Source: Anaeramoeba ignava BMAN
Taxonomy: Eukaryota > Protista > Anaeramoebae
DNA: 64,000 nt
Direction of reading: 5' to 3'
Assembly: GCA_028826165.1 (NCBI GenBank)
Contig: JAPDFW010000085.1
Span: 248,001-312,000, forward strand
The position numbers and the translations under genes are program-made. A model generated the notes under the pieces. The model was given only the letters and a program-made list of their open reading frames with translations. It did not search any database and was not told where the DNA came from. Positions 32,437-42,638 of this stretch are shown here, piece after piece. Numbering within the stretch: position 1 is the stretch's first letter; every line of letters begins with the position of its first letter.

Positions 32437-34284
32437 ATGAATGATTGTTTATTTTTTGGTGAAAATCAATTTCCAATTCTTTTTGAAAATGAACCAAATA
32501 AAATAATAAAACCAATTCAATTTAAATTTGAAAAAGAAAATGAAAATGAAAATGAAAATGAAAATGAAAATGAAAATGAAAATGAAAATGAAAATGAAAA
32601 TGAAAATGAAAATGAAAATGAAAATGAAAATGAAAAACAAATTAAACAAATTTCAACAGGAAATTATTCGACAATTTTCCTTTTTGAAAATGGAAAAGCA
32701 ATAGAATATTTAAATGAAAATGATTCAAATCAAAATCTTTCAAAAATACAAATTGAAAATATTCAAAAAGTAACTGTTGGTTATCAAGATGAAGCTATTT
32801 TAACAAAAGAAGGAAATGTATTTGCAAAAGGAAAATATATTAATCCAGAAAATCCAAATCAATTTATCAATATTTCATCATTAATTGAAGATAAAAATGA
32901 TAGAATAATTGAAGATATTGTTTCTGGTGCTTATTCAATTTATTTATTAACTTCAAATCAAAATGCTTATGGAATTGGTTCAAATAATTATGGTCAACTT
33001 GGTTTTGATTCTAAAACACTTCAAAAAACAGAAAAACCAATTTTAATTATGAAAAATGTTTCTAAAATATTTTCAGGAAATTCTTCAATTTTTGTTTTTC
33101 TTTTAAATTCAAATCAAGAATTATTTGGATCTGGATGGAATGAACAACGTCAACTTGGATTAGGAGAATCAATAAAAGGAATAAAGATCGATAAATTAAC
33201 CAAAATACAAAATATTCCAAAAGGTAAAATAATTGATATTCAATGTGGTGATGATAATTCAATAATGCTGATTGAAGATGAAAATCAAAATCAAAATCCA
33301 AAAAGAAAACTTTATTCATGTGGAAAATATAGTTATAATGGACTTGGTAAAAATGAACATACTTATGAATTTACTGAAATCAAATCATTTTTATTTGAAA
33401 ATGATAATATTCTTGATTTTTCTGCTGGCAATTCTCATACTTTGATTTTAACATCCAATTCAAAATTGATAGTATTTGGATATAATTTTTATGGCCAATT
33501 AGGAACTGGAGATACAAAACACCATTTAATTCCAATTCAAATTGAACTTCCTAAATTAAGATTTAATGAAGAAATATTTCTAATTATCATATTTATTGTG
33601 AAAATGAAAAATCATTTCTTTATTATTCTCCTTCTTTTTCCAATCTTGAAGAAGATTTGATAAAACTATTTAGAAGAAAAGAATTTTGTAATATTTCATT
33701 TAAAACCAAAAATGGAGAAATAATTGAAGCTCATAAATTAATATTGAAATATAGATTAAATCAAAATCAAAATGAAAATGAAAAACTTCAAGAAATTATT
33801 TCAAATAAATCAATTAAAGAATCAAATCAAATATTTGAAATGATTTATTCAAACAGAAAAATAAATCCAAAATTATATTCTGAAATTAAAGAAATTATAA
33901 ATTCAAATGAAAAAATTGAAGAAACAATGAAAAGAATTTATTTAAATGAAAATGAAAAAGATTTTATAATTGAAAGAAAAGAAAAACAATATAAATTCCC
34001 TAAATTAATATTAATAATGAGAAGTGAATTATATCGAGGAATGTTTTTATCTGTAACTGAAGATAAATCTAATAAAGTTACAGATTATAGTGAATTAAGT
34101 AATAAATCATTTCAAATATTTGAATATTGGATTTATTCAAATCAAATTAAAAGAAGAAATTCAAATTACACAAGAAATAATTGAAGAAATTCAAATTGGA
34201 ATTGATTATTTTCAATTAAATCAAACAAATCCAAATTTATTTGATTTATTAATTAATAAATTTAATAATCAAAATCAAAATTAA
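32437..34284 (+). CDS. RCC1-repeat / tandem BTB protein, copy 5 (frameshifts at ~33577 and ~34151)
   Basis: ORFs 32437-33660 and 33657-34184 plus the family C-terminus ending KFNNQNQN* at 34284. Confidence 0.8.
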
Positions 34285-34463
34285 AATTAAAATTGAAAAA
34301 TTGTTTTAAAAAATTTGGAATTTTTATTGAATCAATGACTTAGAAAAAGAAAAAGAAAAAGAAATAGAAAAAGTATGAAAGAGAATTAAGAAAGGTGTGT
34401 TGATGCAATTCAAAAAAAAAAGGAAGTAAAAAAAAAGCAAAAAAAAAATTCCATTTTTGAAAA

Positions 34464-36579
34464 TTAATTATTTCTTCTTCCATGGAAACCTTTACCCATA
34501 AAACGCTTACCGAAACCCATCAAACCTGAACCTTGGTCTTTTCTTTCATCATCATCATCATCATAATAATCACCAAAACCCATTTGCTGACCAGCAATTA
34601 ATTCTCTTTGACGGGGATCCATTTTGTTGTTTTTCATTGATAATTTAACCAAATTTGTTGTATCTGTAATTTTTTTCTCAACTTCTTTTTTATGATCTTC
34701 ATTTGCTTCAAACATTAAAACTGAAAATTTTGATTTTTCATCTAATGATTCAAGAAGTTGTTCCGTTAAATTGAACCATTGTGTAAAAATATCAAGAACT
34801 CCCCCAAGTTCATCTGGTTTAACATCTCTTCCCATAACGTTTGATATGTCTAATCTTTTGTTTTTGTGATCTAATTTAGCTTCAATTAATCCTGAATAAA
34901 TTGCTTCTATTATTAAATCTTCAAGTTCTCTTACTGATTGGATTTCTAATTCTTTTTGTAAATCTTCATATTTGACAACCTTTTATTTAATAAAATTATT
35001 ATTAAAATTATTATTAAATTTATTATTAAAATTATTATTAAAATTATTATTAAAATTATTATTAAAATTATTATTAAAATTATTATTAAAATTATTATTA
35101 AAATTATTATTAAAATTATTATTAAAATTATTATTAAAATTATTATTAAAATTATTATTAAATTTATTATTAAAATTATTATTAAATTTATTATTAAAAT
35201 TATTATTAAAATAATTATTAAATTTATTATTAAATTTATTATTAAAATTATTATTAAAATTATTATTAAAATTATTATTAAAATTTATTATTAAATTTAT
35301 TATTAAATTTATTATTAAAATTATTATTAAAATTTATTATTAAAATTATTATTTAAAATTATTATTAAAATTATTATTAAAATTATTATTGAAATTATTA
35401 TTAATATTAAAATTATTTATTAAAATTATTAATAAATTTATTAAAATTATTATTAAATTTATTATTAAATTATTATTAAAATTATTATTAAAATTATTAA
35501 TAAAATTATTATTAAAATTATTATTAAAATTATTATTAAAATTATTATTAAAATTATTATTAAAATTATTATTAAAATTTATTATTAAATTTATTATTAA
35601 AATTATTATTATTAAATTTATTATTAAATTTATTATTAAAATTATTATTAAAATTATTAATAAAATTTATTATTAAATTTATTATTAAATTTATTATTAA
35701 AATTATTATTAAAATTATTATTATTAAATTTATTATTAAATTTATTATTAAAATTATTATTAAAATTATTATTAAAATTATTATTAAATTTATTATTAAA
35801 ATTATTATTAAAATTATTATTAAAATTATTATTAAAAATTATTATTAAAAATTATTATTAAAATTATTATTAAAATTATTATTAAATTTATTATTAAAAT
35901 TATTATTAAATTTATTATTAAAATTATTATTAAAATTATTATTAAAATTATTATTAAAATTTATTATTAAAATTATTATTAAAATTATTATTAAAATTAT
36001 TATTAAAATTATTATTAAAATTATTATTAAAATTATTATTAAAATTATTATTAAAATTATTATTAAAATTATTATTAAAATTTATTATTAAAATTATTAT
36101 TAAAATTATTATTAAAATTATTATTAAAATTATTATTAAAATTATTATTAAAATTATTATTAAAATTATTATTAAAATTATTATTAAAAAATTATTATTA
36201 AAATTATTATCTTTTAATTTGAGAAAAAAAAGCAATAAAATACTTTTGATTTATAAGTCATAGAAACAATAGTGAGCATTTTAAGTTTTTTAAGTTGAGG
36301 TTCAGTTAATTTTGGAAGTTTTGAATTTTTTTTATAATCTTGATAAGTTCCATAAGCGAACAATTCAAGAAGTTGAAGATAAGAAGCATCTTCAGTTGAT
36401 TTAAGTGCTTGAATTTGAGGGAGATTGACTAATTCTCCAAATACAAATAATTCAGGTTCAGCACATGCTTTTTTGATAAGTTCTACACATGCTTTTCCTT
36501 TCGCTTGTTTTGATAATATCATAAATTTCTCAAGTGCTCTTCCTCCATTTGTTACTTCGGTTACTGTTTGTGATGACAT
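34464..36579 (-). CDS. COPS7: COP9 signalosome subunit 7 (PCI domain); 2 exons: 36579-36244, 34979-34464
   Basis: LEKFMILSKQAKGKACVELI..PELFVFGELVNLP..LLELFAYGTYQDY..LKMLTIVSM|..YEDLQKELEIQSVRELEDLIIEAIYSGLIEAKLD..GRDV matches CSN7. Confidence 0.9.
34985..36210. repeat. 12-bp tandem repeat (AAATTATTATTA) filling the CSN7 intron (36243-34980)
   Basis: Directly visible ~1.2 kb array. Confidence 0.95.
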
Positions 36580-36749
36580 TTTTGATAATTTGTAAAATAA
36601 AAAGGAAAAAAATGAAAAAAAAAATTTGAAAAAAAAAAATTAAAAAATTAATTAAAAAATTAAAAACAAATGAGAACTCAATTAAAAGGAGAAAAAAAAA
36701 ATTTAAATAAAAAGGAGAAAAAAAAAACTTTTTCTTTTATTTTTCTTTT

Positions 36750-37430
36750 TTAAATAAATTTTTAAATAAATTCCAATTTAATTCTTATTCCACATTTTTA
36801 AATAAATTTAATTCCACATTTTTAAATAAATTTTAAATAAATTTCAATTTAATTCTTATTCCACATTTTTAAATAAATTTTAAATCAATTCCAATTTAAT
36901 TCTTAATTCCACATTTTAAATAATTCTTATTCCACATTTTTAAATAAATTCTTAAATCAATTTTTAAATCAATTTTTAAATAAATTTAATTCCACATTTT
37001 TAAATAAATTTAATTCCACATTTTTAAATAAATTTTAAAATCAATTTTTAAATAATTCTTAAATCAATTTTTAAATAAATTTTTAAATAAATTTAATTCC
37101 ACATTTTTAAATAAATTTTAAAATCAATTTTTAAATAAATTTCAATTTAATTCTTAAATCAAATTTTAAATAAATTTAATTCCACATTTTTAAATAAATT
37201 TTGAAATCAATTTTTAAATAATTTTTAAATAAATTTTTAAATAAATTCCAATTTAATCCTTATTCCACATTTTAAATAATTTTTAAATAATTCTTAAATC
37301 AATTTTTAAACAAATTTTTTAATTTAATTCTTATTCCACATTTTTAAATAAATTTTAAAATCAATTTTTAAATAATTCTTAAATCAATTTTTAAATAATT
37401 CTTAAATCAATTTTTAAATCAATTTTATTT
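36750..37430. repeat. Intergenic compound minisatellite with ~11 ATTCCACATTTT cores interspersed with TTTTAAATAAAT / TTAAATCAATTTT
   Basis: Directly visible between the 3' end of the 37440-39119 gene and the CSN7 promoter. Confidence 0.85.
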
Positions 37431-37439
37431 TTATTTCTT

Positions 37440-39119
37440 TTAAAAACAAACAAAAAAATCTAAAACATTTAATCGTTTTCTTTTAAAAAATCTCTTAATA
37501 TCCAAAAATGAAATAGAATCATCATAATCAGATAATTTCTCTTCATTTGAATTTGCATTATTTATATTTTCATTTTGCTTCAAAGAATCTTCAATAATAG
37601 TAGAAGGTAAAAAATCCCAAAATCTTATCCTATCAAACTCTTTAACCAAAAGAGGTTTTTCTGTGCTTAAATTTAGTGGCAAAAAAGAAGTTCCCCAATT
37701 AGTAAAACAACAAGATAAATCCTCATCAAAAAACAGATCAAAATTTCCAAAAATGGGCAAATTTGAATGTTGGAGAAAAGAACGAGAAGATATAGAATTT
37801 GGGAAATTATTCAACAATTTCCGATCTGGAAACAGTTTGCAACAGGAAATCAATTGAGGATCTGAAAGTAAAATGTGATTTATTTGAGCAATATAAATCA
37901 AGGATTTCTCGCTTATAATAGGATTTTTTAAATAAGATTCTGGAGAATATACAAATAAAACATCTCCTAAATCTGTGAAAATAAACCCCCACCACTCTTT
38001 TTTGCTCATCATTCTTTGTCTCATTCCCAAGGGTGAATAAGATATATCTGATGTTTTGTAATGTGATATCAGAATATAATTCAAAATTTCTTTTGCTGTT
38101 TTTTTCGGGAATTTTTTGTGGAAAAAACACTGAATTTGGATCATCATTTCAATTACAGATTCAAGTGTTTCCATCTTCTTTTTTTCTTCTTTAATAAAAT
38201 TTTCTTCGTTTCTCATTCTAGTTGGAATTATCCAAAAGGTTTGATTATTGAGATTTCTTGGGGAAAAGGGCAAAAAAAATTTCTTATTCAAATCATCCTG
38301 AATTGTTTGCATTTTTTTCGTTTTTCGTTTTGCTTTTTCTTCATCTTCATTTCCATAGATAATTTGGGATTGAAACCATTTTGTAAATAAATTGACTTCG
38401 CTATCTTCCAGAAAGCCAAAACTTGCAACTATCCTGAAATCTTGTTCACTTAACAATCCATATCGAATAAGATTCTTGTATTTTGCAAATTGCTCCCTGA
38501 TTTTTTTGGGAACAAAATAAAATCTTTCGCGAACCATCATTTGCGTTGTATATTTATGATTAAAAGCGAGCCAATTATAAATGAACTTAAAGAAATCCAT
38601 TTCATTTTCAATATAAACTAAATCACTGAAAACAATTCCTTCAAAATGTTGTTTTCCTAATTGATAAAGTTGGTTTTCATAGTTTCGAAGAAGAAACGAT
38701 ATATTTTGCGAAATTAAAGTCATCATTTTTGCATATAAACCTTTTTGGCTATCAATCCAAGAGTTATTGATGAAATCCAATACATTTTCTCTTGATAAAT
38801 TATCAAAAATAAATTCGTTAATCCAATCTAAAATTTGAATATTATTGATTTTTTTTGCTCCTTCAAGAATATCCAAAATATTGTCCATCTTCAATTCAAT
38901 TTCTCCTTTCATTGCATAATTCACAATTTCTTCTGCTGATTCTATTTCTTCTAGATCAACTTCTTCAACATTTATTTCGGGACAATTATGACTAACTAGA
39001 AAAATTGGACATTCAATTACTTTGTTTTCTTTAAGTTTAAATTTAATTGTTTTCCCTTCAAATTTTATGCCTTTTTCAATATGAAATGTTTTTTGAATCC
39101 AATCAATTCCATAATCCAT
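37440..39119 (-). CDS. Divergent BTB/BACK protein with degenerate TLDc-like C-terminus
   Basis: EEIVNYAMKGEIELKMDNILDILEGAK (BTB end), ENEMDFFKFIYNWL..IRYGLLS (BACK-like) and PIFGNFDLFFDEDLSCCFTNWGTSF, which resembles the TLDc of the 19686-21227 gene. Confidence 0.6.
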   Translation of the reverse strand: MDYGIDWIQKTFHIEKGIKFEGKTIKFKLKENKVIECPIFLVSHNCPEINVEEVDLEEIESAEEIVNYAMKGEIELKMDNILDILEGAKKINNIQILDWINEFIFDNLSRENVLDFINNSWIDSQKGLYAKMMTLISQNISFLLRNYENQLYQLGKQHFEGIVFSDLVYIENEMDFFKFIYNWLAFNHKYTTQMMVRERFYFVPKKIREQFAKYKNLIRYGLLSEQDFRIVASFGFLEDSEVNLFTKWFQSQIIYGNEDEEKAKRKTKKMQTIQDDLNKKFFLPFSPRNLNNQTFWIIPTRMRNEENFIKEEKKKMETLESVIEMMIQIQCFFHKKFPKKTAKEILNYILISHYKTSDISYSPLGMRQRMMSKKEWWGFIFTDLGDVLFVYSPESYLKNPIISEKSLIYIAQINHILLSDPQLISCCKLFPDRKLLNNFPNSISSRSFLQHSNLPIFGNFDLFFDEDLSCCFTNWGTSFLPLNLSTEKPLLVKEFDRIRFWDFLPSTIIEDSLKQNENINNANSNEEKLSDYDDSISFLDIKRFFKRKRLNVLDFFVCF

Positions 39120-39232
39120 TTTTAAACAAGAAGAAAACGGAAAAAAAAAAATGAAAAAAATAATTTTCTCCTTTTTTTATTTTAATTTTTTTTTTCATTT
39201 TTCATTTTTTTTTCGTTTTTTTTTTTTGATTT

Positions 39233-41528
39233 ATGTCAACTGATAATAATTCTGATAATAATAATAATAACAATCAATCTCTACAGAAAAATTTGAATGA
39301 AAAAAGTCATACAAATTTAGCTGAACCTCTTCTTAGTCATTCTTCTGATAATGAATTACAAATAATTGATATAGAAAACCCACCAAACCAAAATCAACCA
39401 CAAAAACGAATAGATAGAATTAATCTTGGAAATTCATTTAATATTAACGTTAGATGTATTACTGTTAATCCAAAAAACAAATATAGAACAATTGAACTTC
39501 GCGATATAATTCGTGTAAATTTGCATCAATTTACCCATTTCAATTCAAACCAAAAATATAAATATAAATATAATTATAAATATAAATATAAATATAAATA
39601 TAAATATAAATATAAATATAAATATAAAAATAAATATAAATATAAATATAAATATAAATATAAATATAAATATAAATATAAATATAAATATAAATATAAA
39701 TATAAATATAAATATAAATATAAATATAAATATAAATATAAATATAAATATAAATATAAATATAAATAATAAATATAAATATAAATATAAATATAAATAT
39801 AAATATAAAATATAAATATAAATATCAAAATATAATTATCAATATAAATATAAATATAAATATAATTATAAATAAAAATAGAAAAAATATAAAATATAAA
39901 TATAAAATATAAATATAAATATAAAAAAATATAAATAAAAATGAAATAAAAATAAAAATAATAAATATAAAATAAATGGAAACAAAAATATTTGAAAAAT
40001 ATAAATATAAATATAAAAACATAAATATAAATATAAATATAAATATAAATATAAATATAAACATGAAAAATATAATTATAAATATAAAACATAAATATAA
40101 ATATAAATATAAATATAAATATAATTATAATATAAATATAAATATAAATATAAATATAATTATAATTATAATTATAATTATAATTATAAATATAAATATA
40201 AATATAAATATAAATATAAATATAAATATAATTATAATTATAAATATAAATATAAATATAAATATAATTATAATTATAATTATAATTATATAAATATAAA
40301 TATAAATATAAATATAAATATAAATATAATTATATAATTATAATTATAATTATAAAATATAAATATAAATAAACAAAAAAACATAAATATATTATAAATA
40401 TAAATATAAATAAAAATATAAATATAAAACAAAGTTGATTATAAATGTTACAAAAACCAAACATAAACATAAACATAAACATAAAATTTTATAAAATATA
40501 AATATATAAAATATAAATATAAATATAAATATAAATATAAATATAAATATAAATATAAACATAAATATAAATATAAATATAAATACAAATATAAATATAA
40601 ACATAAATATAAAATAAACAAATATAAATATAAAAAAAAAAATAAAATATAAATATAAATATAAATATAAATATAAATATAAAATATAAATATAAATATA
40701 AATATAAATATAAATATAAAATAAATATAAAAATATAAAATATAAATATAAATATAAATATAAATATATAAATATAAATATAAATATAAATATAAATATA
40801 AATATAAATATATAAATATAAATATAAATATAAATATAAATATAAATATAATATAAATATAAATATAAATATAAATATAAATATAAATATAAATATAAAT
40901 ATAAATATAAATATAAATATAAATATAAATATAAATATTTAAAATATAAATATAAATATATAAAATATAAATATAAATATAAATATAAATATAAATATAA
41001 ATATAAATATAAATATAAATATAAATATAAATATAAATCTAAATATAAATATAAATATAAATATAAATATAAATATAAATATAAATCTAAATATAAATTT
41101 GAATACAGGTTTCTCCCGATGATGACATCAGTATAATTAGTCAAGAATTTATGGCTGCACATCCAGAGATTCAAACAACGGGATATTTTGTATTACATCG
41201 AAGTTTACTTTTCAAAACAGGAACAATATCATCATGCCGAATTGAAGAAGGAGACGAAGTTGAACTATTTAATTCACAAGATCAACGAGCAAAATATTCA
41301 AACGAGGGATTTTCATGTATTTTTTGGTCATCACTTGCAGTTATGCTTGGTCTTATTCTGTTTATTACTTCATGGTCTTATGAATTCAATGAAAATATTA
41401 GTGCTCAAGGTACTTTGGCTATGATTGGCTTTGTTATACTCATTCCTTCAGTTATTATTCTTACTATTGGTATTTGTCAAACTAATCTTTGTGGTGAATC
41501 TTCTTTTAGTGGTGAATCTTGGTGTTAA
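39233..41528 (+). CDS. Small membrane protein with ubiquitin-like domain and two C-terminal TM helices; 2 exons: 39233-39514, 41109-41528
   Basis: In-frame splice CGT|gtaaat...atacag|GTT. Ubl-like segment [34 protein letters not shown], followed by two hydrophobic helices. Confidence 0.65.
39555..41100. repeat. (ATAAAT)n / (ATAATT)n microsatellite filling the intron 39515-41108
   Basis: Directly visible ~1.55 kb array. Confidence 0.93.
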
Positions 41529-41921
41529 TTGTTATTTTCTTCTTTTTACTTCTTTTTAATTCCCGTTTTTTTTTTATTTGCTTTTTTTTTATACATTCCA
41601 CTTTTTTTTTTTGAATATTTTTTTAATTTTATTTTCTTTCTTTTTTTTTCCCAGTTTCTCTTTTTTTTTAGCTTTTTAAATACTTATTTTTGAATTAATT
41701 CCTTTTTTTTTTTCCTTTTCTAATTTTTTTCCATTCCACTTTTTTCTTTTTTACAAACAAAACACGTTTTTTTTATAATTTTAATTCAAATTCAAATTCA
41801 AATTCAAATTCAAATTCAAAAATATTTTTTTTCCTTTTTTAAAAAATCATTTTTTTCCTTTCTTTTAGATTTTTTTTTATAATTTCTTAAAAAAACAAAA
41901 ACAAAAACAAAATAAAAGAAA

Positions 41922-42443
41922 ATGGGATTAAAATTTCATTTCAGATCAATGAATGAATTTATTGAAAGATTCAATTTACCTCCATCATTAGAAGATGCTT
42001 ATAAAAGACTAAAAATACATCTTGAATATTTTTCAGGAAATTATTTAATCATTTTATCAGTTACTTTTCTTCTTATCCTTTTTATGAAACCTGTTGCCAT
42101 TTTCACACCAATTCTTCCTGTTATTTTTGCTTATTACACTCTTGTTATGCGTAAGGGTGAATATTTAGATGTTGCTGGAGTTCAACTTGGAAAAGTTCAT
42201 TTCGTTTTAATTTCTTTTGGAAGTAAATTTTTATTTTGATTTTCTTTTAAATTTTCTTTTAAATTTTCTTTTAAATTTTTATTTTAATTTTTTATTTTAA
42301 TAGGTTTTTTGTTAATGTTATTAATTTTCTCTAGTCTTCGTTTAACTTTTTTCATGATTATTGGTATGCTTGTTGTTTTGGGTCATGCTTCTTTTAGAAA
42401 CCTTTCAAAAAAAGCAAGAATTGCAACTGGAATCAAATTTTAA
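41922..42443 (+). CDS. PRA1 (prenylated Rab acceptor) family protein; 2 exons: 41922-42222, 42304-42443
   Basis: FRSMNEF..RFNLPPS..RLKIHLEYFSGNYL and C-terminal VVLGHASFR are PRA1 hallmarks; intron splices in frame. Confidence 0.85.
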
Positions 42444-42638
42444 ATACTTTTTTTTTTCTTTCCTTTTTTAAAACACAATTTCATTTTTCTTTTTTTTTTT
42501 AATTCAATTTTTTTTCTTTTTTCTTTACTTTCTTTAATTCTTAATCAAAAAACAAAAACACAATCAATATTTGATATTCTTTTTATTCTTTTAAAAAAAA
42601 AAAAAGATAAAATAGAATTTTAAATTTTCCTAAATAAT

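Noticed and set aside
21324-34284. Diversity-generating retroelement behind the variable loops
   Set aside because: No reverse transcriptase or template repeat in the window, and variation is spread over all blades and not evidently adenine-specific.
36750-37430. Repeat-spacer-like layout suggesting a CRISPR array
   Set aside because: The spacers are themselves repetitive AT modules, spacing is irregular, the context is eukaryotic and there are no cas genes.
42441-42444. Stop-codon-coupled TAAA polyadenylation signal as in Trichomonas
   Set aside because: Many genes end TAAA, but several do not (RPN2 TAAG, CBF5 TAAT), and the chance expectation is high in such A-rich DNA. It cannot be supported without 3'-end data.
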